A stretch of 64,000 nucleotides of DNA from Takakia lepidozioides (lineage: Eukaryota > Plantae > Bryophyta), in assembly GCA_030704615.1 (NCBI GenBank), contig CM060733.1:5084001-5148000 (forward strand), in the 5' to 3' direction. Made by a program: the position numbers and the translations under genes. Positions 27,401 to 39,800 of this stretch are shown one piece after another. Under the pieces are notes generated by a model that searched no databases, had not been told where the DNA came from, and saw only the letters and a program-made list of their open reading frames with translations. The first letter of the stretch is position 1; each line of letters starts with the position of its first letter.

Positions 27401-27890
27401 ATATTTTCATAACCAGAATCAATTCTGATAATTCCCAAGTCTAAAAGTTAAAGCCATGTCCTACGTACTGAAGTCATGCTAGCCCAACGGGTGCTCATTT
27501 TTACATGATCAATAGAAGAGCTCAGTTCTGCAATGATTCCAAAAATGCCATTGAAATCCATCGATTGTGGCGGCTACATTACCACACTGACTCCATTCCT
27601 TTGAATTCCTCCACTAGTCCCACAGGCTACATAGTCCACATACCAATCTACCCAAAATTCACCACAGCTTGATGCCAAAGACCCACCTTAAAATTGAAGC
27701 GCTGCGTCCGGAGCCTCCGCCAATCCAACGCACAAAATGACGAGGTGTGGAGATACTGTCGATGTTGCCAAACCAAACTGGTGTTTAAGCTCAACCCAGA
27801 TCGAGGGCAAGCCAAGTGGTGAGGCAAGCGAGAGAGAGGAGCGGGTAAGTGCCAATGTAAGAGCGGCCTCTTCAGCAATGCAGCCGTCAT
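18438..27890 (-). CDS. TRZ: tRNase Z, long form (ELAC2/TRZ3-TRZ4 type), ~1093 aa, with organellar transit-peptide-like N-terminus
   Basis: 15 exons: 27890-27687, 27387-27208, 26836-26747, 26121-26077, 25850-25796, 25069-25023, 24612-24318, 23940-23705, 23321-23041, 22523-22391, 22214-22164, 22003-21694, 21222-20952, 19924-19153, 18749-18438 (3282 nt, in phase). Motifs: [67 protein letters not shown]. The donor at 22391 and the acceptor at 21222 are the least certain. Confidence 0.93.
20144..20672 (-). mobile_element. 5'-truncated LINE (RTE-X/CR1-like C-terminal Cys/His region plus 3' end) in a tRNase Z intron
   Basis: Encodes [44 protein letters not shown] and ends in ...gcaaacaacgtcttatgagtacat. 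13-bp TSD gaggagggagaga (20131-20143) / gaggagtgagaga (20673-20685), one mismatch. The clade assignment is from motif recollection. Confidence 0.8.
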
Positions 27891-28430
27891 GTAGGCTTGT
27901 GCGCTTGTCCTTCTCCTTTGCTCAGAGTGTGGAAAGAGGAGACTGATGAGATTGGGAGGGTTTTAGGGCACAAAACCCCAGGCTGGATTCTCTTTAACTA
28001 CGTTTTCTCTTTTAGGGTTATCTGATGATCACCCACTTCGTGGTTTCCAAATGGGATCAAATTGTAGTTTTCTGTTTCTCAAGGCGTGGGCAAATCTTGT
28101 TTGTAGTATGACTGTTCCATATGGCCACTCGCATCCTGAGAACCTCAAGAAGAAAGATTGGTGGGACTACGGACTGGATTCCAATTGGGACACGATGGAA
28201 TAGCTTAGACAGTTTCAGGCGATCAACAATCACATCTGAGTTCAACCAAATATATAGGTGTGCTTCCAATCATTTATGTGGATGATTGCACAAAGTAGAC
28301 AGCATGCACTAGAATACAAACGATAGAGTAGAAGATTAGAAAGCAATTTCAACTCATTTCTTGCACACAATCACACTAAGCACACACTCCTGAAAAGTCT
28401 GCAAAGCCCATCTGAACCTACTCATCGCTT

Positions 28431-28465
<35 letters not shown>

Positions 28466-28471
28466 CATGCA

Positions 28472-28519
28472 TGGGTCAATGGCCACAAGGCTACGGCAAA
28501 CAACGTCTTATGAGTACAA
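28472..28519 (+). mobile_element. 48-bp LINE 3'-end insertion into a (CT)n microsatellite with perfect TSD
   Basis: tctctctctaccatgca | tgggtcaatggccacaaggctacggcaaacaacgtcttatgagtacaa | tctctctctaccatgca (left copy ends 28471, right copy 28520-28536). Confidence 0.85.
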
Positions 28520-28894
28520 TCTCTCTCTACCATGCAGCAGTTCTGATTTGAGAAATGAGTTTAAAGATCAAGAGCAATGCACTCTGAAAGTCCTTATGGA
28601 GGAAATTTGGAAGGCAAGACAAATGTCACTATAACACAAGGTCAAAGATGGAGCCAGCCTTCAGCACTGGTGGTGAACCTGATCCTACTTTTCTCTTGGT
28701 CACCATAGCCCCTCTGTCACTTTCCCTCCTTTTCCTGCTTTGCACTGGCACAAGGACGTTGTGCATATAGCCTAATAACTACCAGTCCTCATCCTGTCAT
28801 GTCCTCACTGTATTAATCGAGAAGTCACACACGTATGGTATGTACATGCCTTCTTTTATCCTTCTCCAAACACACCACAAACGAAGAGAACAGA

Positions 28895-31800
28895 TCAAAT
28901 AGGAAAAAGGCAAGCGCCACAAGGCTTGGCGGCATGGTGACCCTCCTGGAACACTTGCATTCCTCTCACAAACGTTGCAATCACTTGTCCCGACAGCGTT
29001 TTGCCTGCATATGGAGTAACCTATTCCAAGAAAGAGAACAATTAATGATTTCATAGCACTCTAGAAACACCAACTTTGGTCTGAGGAGATGTCAAATCAC
29101 GGGAAATGGAGACATGACTTACTAGCACCCACCTTAAAGGACTATGATTGTCCTGGGTCCCCACACCCGCCCCCCACCCCTTCCCCACCATGACATCAAC
29201 TGTTGATACAGTAATGACCCTTGAACTAACAATGGTGAAACCAGCAACCATCACCAGACATCCGAAAGAATTTAGCATGGGAGACGAATGACTGAATGTA
29301 GGACATGCAACCAAGCCTAGCATGCAGAGAGTGGCTCACTGGTGTTTGCTTACCTGGTAGGTGACCAATGCACCCAAGTTCCTCTCTTGAATCAAAATAT
29401 GCAGGGTGACCTCCAACATGGTCTCAAGTGGATGTGAAGCCAAGAGGGCTTGCATGCAGGTTTCATGTCCTAACCACTAGGCTATCTGTTGGCAGATGGT
29501 GCACATAAATTTTTTACCTTGCAGCAAACAATCCCAAAAAGTAACTTGAGGAAACCAACCTTATGCTTATGATATATGGTGTAATTATTGTCAATCACAA
29601 ATGACGTTTCTGGATCCCAGACCACCAAGTCCGCATCCTTCCCATAATCGATCGAACCCTGCATAGTTGTCACTCCAGCCCTTGTACACTTCAGTTAGAG
29701 AATTTAGCACCATATCCAGCTCTTTGCAGTGACACTACCTGATTCTAGAGCCAGTGGACCTACCCACAGCCCACCCTCAAACCTATGCTGAGGAAGAAGA
29801 CAGAAAACCTTCACCAAATAACCATTAACCTGTCAAGCCTGGCTATAGCACACCCTCAAGACATACCTGATGAGAAACTGGCAGGGATTTCACCTACCAG
29901 GGTAAAATCTAGGAAGATATTGACATCTCAATTGAAAGCACAATGTGGATTCCCGCACTTTTATGTGGTCATTTCCTGACATTGATGTGGCCACACTACC
30001 AATCACTGTAGTGAGCACTTAACGATATGTCTTCCTCAGGCTTTGCTTGCCTTAGCATTGTGGCCATGGACATTGCGCCCAGTGGTGGATGGAGAATGTA
30101 CTCATGAGACATTGTTTGCCATAGCCTTTTGGCCATAGGGAGAAGGAAAGAAAGAAATAAACTTTGGAGACACAGGATTCACCCATTGTCAGTTCATGGT
30201 GAATATTAACCATGACATACCCTTATAATAACTGGGGATATGAGCCTGTTGTGGTGTTTCTACCAACCAAGGTATGGAGAGATGGCTCATTGACTGTTCC
30301 CTCCGAACGTTGGCTATGACATGACCTTTGGGCCTAGTCCCCCTGGATACCCACCCTGGAGCCAGTTGTGGGAGTCAATGAGACTCATCCCATAGTGGTC
30401 ACAAACCGCCAACGACAATTGGGTTACAGGGAATGGAGCTGGTAAAGACCTCAAGCCAGAAAACATAAAGGTTTACAGCACTAATCCCAGGTTGTGGAGA
30501 GAAAGAAAAAGGAAAGAACTACATCCATGAGAGGTCCACAGAGGGAGAGGGGGAAGAAGCACCTTCCGGGAAAGGTTGGCAAGTTTGGCAGGCACCGTAC
30601 TCCACCAACTGACCATTTGTTGAAGCGTCAACCCACGGGAGCTTCCATGGGTCCATATAACTGGCAACGCAAACTGCAAAACCACCAATTTTAGCTATGA
30701 GAAATTGTCTGCTGTTTGCAGTATGAGGAATGGGGGTAAGCTCCACTAAGAATCCAAATACATCAAGCCCCTGGACAAACCCCTGGCCTGCTCGAAATTA
30801 TCCAAGTATTCCCTCACATAACTTTTTGGGATGTAAAATAAGCCATACATTGTCGCAGAATGTACACATAAGACGTTTACTGTGGCCTTGTGGCCGTAGA
30901 CCCCATGCCCAGTTTGGGAGGAACAAGAGGGAACAGACACTACGTTTGTGAGGGACTCACTCCAGTAGTAGGACTTACCTTGATATGAACAAATAGTTTG
31001 TCCTTTCAAGATTTCCTCTAGAAAGCCCTTCACACAAGCATCAATCTGCTGTGTGTGAGCTGCCCTGCAATTAGACCCCAACAGGGCCAGGGCTTTAGGC
31101 TCAGCTCGAATTTTTGAAAGTTGGCGAACAGAGGTGCAGGGACTATGTTCTTGATGGTCCTGAAGAGGGTCGCTCTCGATGAGAACACCCTGGATATTGT
31201 ATGATATTGTCTTCAGGCCGCACGAACATCGGGCATTGACAATCTCCCTTTCCTCTCTGCATCTGTTCATTGTTCAAAGGTAGACTCCCTGCCCTGAGTT
31301 TAAATTTCAGTCTACTGCTGAGGGTAGGTAGGCCCTTCAGATCATCCTTAAGGTCCTCACCCATGTCACAAACTGGAAACAAGTTCAGGGATACCTTGGG
31401 ACAGACAGTGCAACCAAGGGTAGCCAGATGAGATCATGAAACCTAACCCGTGGAGTTGTCCAGAAAGTACATTTTAAAGAATAATGTGAGAACATCTTAT
31501 TGACCATATGAATGTATCTAAACCTGACTTTTTACGTATTTGAACATATGTAAGGGCTTTCTCAGTGATACAAGTTTGGAAGTCAATTAGGTAGGCACTG
31601 GCTGCACCTGGAGTGACGAGATACCTCCCCATGCTCCGAGAAAGTCACCTTGCTCCAGTAATTTCAACTCAGGGATCGATGGTGAGTGATCCGTACTCAA
31701 CATGTCTATGCTTCCCTCCTACACTCAAAGCGCCTTGCCAGAACATCAGCCTTTTAGTCGAAATAAGAATCAAAGCAACTAAAAACATAGAGAGAAACAG

Positions 31801-34800
31801 GATCTGAACTCCAAGACATACAGATATGCAAGGAGCATGCACCAGCAGAGCTTGCCAAAGCCGGTCCCGATTTTGACCATCTCTGATTGGTGGGGCACAC
31901 TTGAAACGAGTGTCACCCTCTGGGATTTCTTCAGCAGCAAAAGCAAGGTAGTGCGGGCATGTCTCTACCGTCACACTAGCACCCCCTGCCTTTGCTTCCT
32001 GCGAGCATAAAACGTGATGACTTGAATCAGCCAGGCAAGATCTCCCAGCATTCTTTGCCCATGTCTCATCCCAGTTGCAGAGTGTTGAGGAGAATAATTT
32101 AGCAAAGACCTGTTTGGTTTTGTATGTCAGAACCAGAAAATGGAAGCGAGAACTCCCTGATCTCTTATAATAACACTGAGGAGCTATACATTAGTAAAAA
32201 AACCACACCTTGATGAGGGAGAGAGTTTCGCCTGCATCGGAAAGATGAACTATGTGGATGTAGGCTCCCTCTGCTGGCCCTCCCACTGCTGTATCCTTGG
32301 CTACTTCTACTAGTTGTCGCACTGCCGCACGCTCCCTGAAAAGCAATGGAAGTAAGGCTGCATAGTCCATGTCCCGACTACACTTCAAAGTTGACTATCT
32401 AGAGACAGTGTTTTGTGAAGTATCATTGCATCCACAGCACCAGTTTCATGTGCGTACCCAACCCAATTCAGCGGGTGCACGGAAAGAGAAACAGAGACAG
32501 GGAGACACAGGTAGAAGTAGGCAACGTAAAGTACCAAGAGACAGGCCTGGAGCTAAGATACGTTGAGTAGAGACTGCGTTTTTGGTCCGCCTTCCCTGTA
32601 ACAAAACCAGGCTCTTCTGTAGGGGGCTGCGGAACCTCAGCATGAACCAGCAGTGGGCGTCCATACTTTGCCAGTACTGGCAGCGATGCCTGCAAAGGGG
32701 GAAATTGTTTTTACAAATTCATTGCTGCATGGTATCGCAAGAATAATCGGTACAGTCATTTAGCCTGAGGTAAGAGACTAGTTAGAGCACAAGAATCATA
32801 TAGTGCAAGTGGTCACTTTTGGGGCCCTCCATGGATGGTATGATGATGGTTTTTCTTGATACAGAATGTTGATGAGGTTGTTTCAATTGCTGCAAGGACA
32901 AGCCAAAGACCTCATAGTGGGAACACATAACCTTCTATTGTCCCCTCAACTATTAGCTTCGGGACTTAGGGGTCAGGTGGCTTGTTTTGACCCCCTTCTC
33001 ACAAGGGAAAACCAACAACCTTGATCTTGACACCCCCGACCTATAAGAATCTTGCTCCCTAAACCAGACCATACCTAAGAAAAGGAGAAGAAGAGAAAAT
33101 CTATTGCCTTAAAGGGAGGCAAGGAGCCCAAACTACATCTTTTTGCCAGTCAGTATTTCTCTTCAATGAGAACTAGTCACTTGTGCGATGCCCTAAAGTC
33201 CCTTTTGACAAGTCTTACCTTTATATGTTCAGCAGAGGTTGCAGGAAAATCATCGATTCCTGATGGACACATGAACGACTTTGCAGTGTAGCACCTGTGT
33301 CAGTTTCTCCTCCCATTTTATGGCACACCCACACACATGACTATAAGAAGAGGAAGCAAGACAGGTGCTGCTAAAACAAAAGAATTCAGCACACCTTACT
33401 CCTGCATAGATACAGTAGTGAAGTATACCAGTTACCTTCAGTCCTAGAGCACCAGCACCAAGAAGCTCATCTAAAACTGTCAAGTTTGCAGCATTCTCTG
33501 GCACCAGGCCACCCCAGAAACCTGCGAGGCAGAGAACGCACTCAGATAATTTTTAAAAGACAGCTGCCAACAAACAGCCCAATCATTAAGCGGGTGTGGA
33601 GCACTGTTGGTGGTCCTGGATCATATCCAGACAGCATGGTGTTGGGGGTTATTGCTATGTGGACCACCCAGCAGCAGCATTGCCTACTCAACTGGATACC
33701 TTGGCACTTCCGAGACTCTGGTCTTGGCCTTTCAGGAAACCAAAACGGCCCAGGCACAGTTGAGGCAAGAAAAAGTGTCTACACTACCCTCTTCAATATA
33801 ACAAGTTTTGATGGTTTAGTATTAGGCACATCAGGAAATTCGTTAAATATATAAAGATCTCTTTCATTTTGGAACTGAGTCAGAGTCAGACATAGAGCAG
33901 AGAAAAATGGTAGTTACCAACATCGACAGCGAGTTTTCCTTTCGCTGCTTGACGCTGCGATATCCAATATTCAGAAAACCCACAACAAATGCAAAGTCAC
34001 GGAAAACTCCAACAGAGAGGTGGGGTCACATTATGCCAGACAACCAAGCAAGTTCAGCTGCTCAATGACAAAGCTACCGAGATGGAAATAGTAGGACATG
34101 AAGAAGTGTCAAAAGCAAAGGGCACCTTGAGCAACAAAGCCTCCTTTGAGATGGTGGTAGGGACACTATTTAAGGGCATGTCCACCAGTGCTGTTATACC
34201 TCCTGCAGTTACAATTCATAAGTAAGCATATAATACTTTTCTGGAAAAGAGGTACAGATTGAGTGTAGGTGATGACACTCGAGGGCATAGTCCCCCATCA
34301 ATCCTCTCAAATCCCATGCACCAAGACAGAGAAATGTTTAATCTTGAGGTCCACTTTATGTAGCAGAACCTTCATTGTGACTTTGGGTCTTTCAAAACAT
34401 CAAACAGAGATTGAGCTTAAGAAGAGTCACATGATCAGGCATTTATCTGGAGCGACAGAAGAAGAGTAAGAAAGAAGAATTATGTACGCGGAGAAAGACA
34501 CATTTATTACGTCTGAGGCCCAAAAAGAGATAGGGCAGAGGGAGGGGAGATTAAGCCACTAACCAGCAGCTGCAGCTTGGGTGCCTGTGGCAAACCCTTC
34601 CCATTCAGTCCTCCCAGGCTCATCCAGATGTACATGCCTGTTATATCCAAGGATACATGCAGTTTAATTCCTCTAAACAATTGTACCACTTCTGTGGTTT
34701 TTTGCAGACTCTACATGTTTCTGAGGTTTCGATGTAATGGAACTTCATGGATCTTATGATGTTGCATCTGACAAGCTCTTCATACCCACTGAGTTTAACT

Positions 34801-36691
34801 ACTAAGCCCCTGCTGGCAACAACTCACTGTGCGGTTTAAGCACACCCAAATAGCCACCCAATCAGGAAACAGAACTCAATCTTCAGATAGGCTTGACCAA
34901 CCCAATCCAAGCAGAGACATAGTGACGGACAACATACATGACATAGTACAGTTGAAAGTGTAGTTTCTGTCTTACACAAAGGTCCCCATAGACCCGAATG
35001 TCACCCTAGTATTGGAATCCAAACACGGAACTTTTTGTGTTAATACGCAATGAGAATTGAAGTGTTTGAAAGAGAGAAATGTACACATCAATAAGTCCAG
35101 GCATGATGACAGCATTTCCATAGTCTAGAACACGAGGACCGCCATCAGTGCGCTTGGGGACCTCACTCCTTTTTACTACAGAAATAATGCGCCCTTCCTC
35201 TACTTCCACTGCAAGCAATGCACCAATATTAAGAATTTATTTCAACTGTACAATATACAGCCTGTACTCATAAATCTGTACACAATACACAGTATTCGAG
35301 GTCTGAGGGGGGAAGAAAGAACATAAATATGTCCGCAGGAGGCCAGACGACCCAAGGGCCAGAAAGCGAGAAGAACTAGTGACAGTGATAGGGCATGAGG
35401 GTTTTGCTCAATATGGAAACTCTTGGGACTAAAACAAGCCCTTCCAATTAAATTGGTGACATGGTCAGTTACTATAAAGCATATTTTCCTGACATTGCAT
35501 GTGTCTTCCCCGTCTTTTAGCAGCGCTGTAAAGCTCGCAGAAATAATACTTGATCCATTTGAACTTCAACTTGTAGTTCACCATACCAACTCTTAAACTG
35601 GGAAAATTTGGAGAGCTCAAACCTGTTGTCGCAGTGTGTCACTTAATTTCTGTTGTAAGTAAATTTTTCTTTAAAATATATTAGGACCCAGACCTACAAA
35701 CCTGCTGCTGCACCAACGCCAGTGGGGGTGACAACCCGTTTGCTGTAAAGCACGAAGTGGTCTTCAGGCAGCAAACTGCATCCGTTCTTGAGTTGCTGCA
35801 ATTCAATCAGCAATCCCCAATTTGTAAATAGGGAATTGAATTCATTATAAGTTTTACATAATCACTATCGACTGGGCATATGCCCATACATGAGACATGA
35901 GCAGTTCTACAGATTCCCACTTGTTGAGTCTCTTTCCTTCATAGTGTGGCTATTTTGAAGCCCATTTGATTAGAACAACAGCCCCAAAACAAAAACAGTC
36001 TTTTGGCAATCAATGCAATGCAAATTTGGCACACAAACCCTTGGCAAAAGTCTCTCTACTCGGAAAAGTTTTTCTGCACTATGGTTCAATGAACAGGTTT
36101 CGTTGTTTTGGAATGCCCTGCAGACAAAGAATTGACGATTTATGTGGAAACTCCCTTTGTAATACAATGCTTAAAAGTAATACCCATATCTATGCACAGT
36201 GCCTGATTGTAACCACTGTTGCAGTCTGGAGGACGGAAGAGGTGTAATAAGCGAGATTGTGCTTATTCAAACCAAAGTTCTTGCAATTGACGATTGGCAG
36301 CTATATTGAAATGATTGTAGCGACAACATGCGGAACTTAGCTAACAAAAATTTCGAGCGACTTGTCAGCCTTGCCTGTACAAAATTGTGGAGAGAAAGCG
36401 GATGCACTAGACTGCTGTGCACACCACGCTTCCAACGAGGAAAAATTCAATTGTCGCTGCAGATTAACGTTCTTACGTCCCCTATCTTACCACAGCAATT
36501 GGGCTTTGCATGCATTAGAAAGAGAAGGGAGTTAGTTGGAAGTCCAAAAGCAAAAACCCCAACAACATAAAGCAAAAAGTTACCTCCTTCTCAATGTGGG
36601 GAAGATATATGAGCGTGTAGCCCACAGTGAAGAGCAGCAGGGGCAAGGACCAACCACGCAGCAGCGGTCGCAGCAGATCGGCAGGCTCCAT
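28895..36691 (-). CDS. ALN: Allantoinase, ~514 aa, with N-terminal hydrophobic anchor
   Basis: 15 exons: 36691-36584, 35795-35702, 35208-35085, 34637-34564, 34202-34126, 33954-33918, 33521-33436, 33278-33219, 32689-32535, 32335-32209, 31998-31843, 31718-31608, 30673-30563, 29658-29560, 29020-28895 (1545 nt, in phase). Motifs: [95 protein letters not shown]. Confidence 0.96.
30040..30140 (-). mobile_element. Degenerate LINE 3'-end fragments in an allantoinase intron
   Basis: Reverse complement reads tatggccaaaaggctatggcaaacaatgtctcatgagtacattctc, with a second partial copy atggccacaatgctaaggcaagcaa. Confidence 0.7.
30858..31390 (-). mobile_element. Second 5'-truncated copy of the same LINE, in an allantoinase intron
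   Basis: [46 protein letters not shown]; 3' end ggccacaaggccacagtaaacgtcttatgtgtacattct; collinear with 20144-20672. Confidence 0.8.
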
Positions 36692-36817
36692 CGCCACTTA
36701 GCTTCTCTTCAGAAAACAACAACAAAGTCACTTCCCAGTGAACTCGAGGAATTTAATTTTAACATTCTACTTTTAGCCGATTGCCACCAGTCGACTTGTT
36801 TTGTGTAGAGCGTTTCG
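36692..36817. promoter_or_regulatory. Putative bidirectional promoter / shared 5' region of ALN and the kinase gene
   Basis: Only 126 bp separate the divergent ATGs (36691 minus, 36818 plus). Confidence 0.6.
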
Positions 36818-39800
36818 ATGGCTATGGCAGCCGTGCAGGCACAGCCCAATCTCTGTCTACTGTCTTCCTCCTTCTGTGCTGAGATCCCTGTGCCTATTCG
36901 CCTTCACTGCTCCAGATTTCGCCATCGCGTGCACTCTCTTCACCTAAAAATCGGTCTGTCCCCCATCTTTATTATGTAGAGATCTCCTCCAATGTCCCAA
37001 TGTTGACGTCGCAAGATTGGTTGAATTCATGACATAATGTAGCCTGATAGGTGATGCCTGATAGGTGATTGATGGTTTCAATGCGATCAACTTGATTCCA
37101 GTCACCTGCACTGTGGAACTCAAGTTGCTGCATTGTTGGAAAAGGAATGCAAGAATTTTGATGAGCTTCTTATGATGTTTTTGTAATTCATGACACAATT
37201 TAGTCTTACCAGTGATGGGAGATTCCCATACCGTCAATGAGTATGCTTCTGTATTGTTCTAAGCTGAGCTTGCTAGAGGTTCACAACGCTGAGCTCTTGT
37301 GTATTTCTGTTTATGGAACTTCGTTTGCTATTGTCTCCTTGTGTCAGTCGTGATTCAGAAGCCTTCACGGACCTTGAATTTTACGTGCTTGACTGTAGAA
37401 CTACTAGTTTTGCCAGTACTTGAGCTTCATGGAAGTCCTTGGAAAAATTAGCTCGAATCCAACAGCATGTAGGGTATGCTCAAAAATGTCTTCAAATTTG
37501 GACTTGATGTTGGCAAATGGTTTTCTTTCTCAGGGGCGTCATGTGCTCACTCGTCAGCAGCAATGGTAGAAGCAAAAACTTTCAGCATGTTATAAATTCT
37601 TCAAGATTGTCATTCATTTTTGGCTGTCTAAGTTCACCAAGAGAACTTCCCAGAAATGCCTTGTGCAGCCTTGTTCTTTCTCTGAAATCGATCCATAAAG
37701 GAATCTACTAAGGATTTCCTGTTAAAAAACGAGTTTTGTTAATCTGCTCCTTTTCTTTCTACCAGTGTTCCAGGAGAAGGAGAATATTCTAGCCATTGTT
37801 AAGAAGATATCATTGGAAAGAGGCCCTATGAGGGTCCCTTTTTTTTTTCGGGAAAAGAGAACTCAAGACAATACCAAAAAATGTACTCAGGAGACGTCTG
37901 CAGTAGAACTGAAGACAATATAGAGAGCGAATGTACTCATGAGACGTTGTTTGCTGTAGCCTTGTGGCCCAGTTTGGGTGGAAGAGAGAAAGAGAGAGAG
38001 AGAGTTACTTTTCTGTAATGGAAATCAATGTGGGGAATTGTAGCAGTGGCGGATGGAGATCCAATTCGAGAGTGGATCGTAGAGGAGGGGGGGGCATCAA
38101 AAGTCACACGTGTTAGTCCCGTTGGAGGGGGTTGCATCAACACAGCCTATCGCTATGATACAGATGTGGGATCATTCTTTGTGAAAACCAACAGGCAAGA
38201 AATTTCGGCATGTGTACCATCAAGAGTAGGAGTTTGGATTGGGCTATAGTATCTTGAGAATATAGAATCCATCTTAGAATAATAATGTATTCTAAAATTG
38301 TGGCACCAACATTTTGTATGACAGGAATATAGGGCCAGCAATGTTTGAGGCTGAAGCTGCTGGCCTTAATGCTATGCATGCCACCCAAACTATCCGTGTG
38401 CCAAAACCCCTGAAGGTGAGGACCTTTTTGCAGGATATTTCACTTAATTTTGAAGTCTTATAGTTTTGAGTAATCTTAGTTGGTCCACTCTCTTATAGCC
38501 GGATGCCAATCTATGTTTTCTTTTAGTTCCCCTAGCAGTACTGCTCACTATGTCAGGCCACCTCTGTTTCCCTCTGTTTCCCTCTATTTCTCTTTTCCTG
38601 GCTCCTTCTGCTCTTGCTCCAATGTATTGCAAGTAGAACGTAAATCTTTACCCTCAGGATAACACTCCAATTCCATCATGACATTTTATTTGGCTGTATG
38701 CTACATTCTCGGGATGAGTTTCGCACGCTGGTTGGCAAAGAAAGACTTTTGAGGATAGTATCTTCTAGGGCTAACATCCATAAGAGTGCATGATTTCATG
38801 TCATTTCTTTTCTCTTTAGGTTGCTGTGACAAGAGAGTTCAGATTTCTCCTTTTCGTCACCCCCACAACAGAGGGACCGAGTGTAACCGCTTTTTAATAT
38901 CTTTTCTTAGCTCCTGATATTGTGCTACATGTCACTGTTGCAATTTTTATGGTGGTGGGTCTGAAGGTAGGGTCCATCCCCAGGACCAGGGGTTCTTACA
39001 TCATAATGGAATTCGTGGAGATGTTCACGCCTTCCTTCATCAAATTGGACTCCTCAAGAGGGGGTCAGGTAATACATGTCAATCCCATTGCATCAAGTGC
39101 AAGAATATTTTCTTGGATAGAACTATTGAAGTGCGCAATTGAGTTGTCCTGCAACTGACATCAAAACTCAACCAATCAAGATACCCAAATACTAAGGGCA
39201 TCTATCTGTGATTACTCTCAGTCAGTTCTTTCTCTAGACAGCTATTGCAGAGGTTTAATGAAGCTTTTACTAGAAAAGTTATTGAACTCAATGATGCTAG
39301 TGAATTCCAAAAGCCCAAGCTACTGTACTCTTATTTTTTATCTCTGATTGCAGGCAGAATTGGGAAGACAGCTGGGAGAGATGCACAAGGCTGGCACAAC
39401 TCACAAGGGCTTTGGGTTTGATAGGGATAACACCATCGGCAGGTTTATCTCCTCTCTTCTCTATGTTTTGGTTTGGAGGGACCTCCGGCCCTGCCTTAAG
39501 TGATACTGATATTGTATTTCAGGTTTAGTCTAAGACTAAATCATGTTATTTTCGTACTCCCCGTCAGGGTCTTAGTTTGGTTGACAACAATCTGAAGGAG
39601 TGGAGCAAACTATCTTTGCATTGCATGGCTGACTGATCTCTGCTGGCCAGCACGCCACAACAAAATAATTGGACAAGCGATTGGGTGACCTTCTTCCGTA
39701 ACCACCGCCTTGGCTTCCAGCTGCAGCTAATTCAGCAACAATACGGTGACAATGATCTCTATTCCAAAGGTTAGTGGCTGCCTTTCTAACTTCATGCAGT

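Noticed and set aside
30281-30392. Intronic inverted repeat ctcattgact..agtcaatgag as a miRNA precursor
   Set aside because: The stem is too short; more likely a MITE relic.
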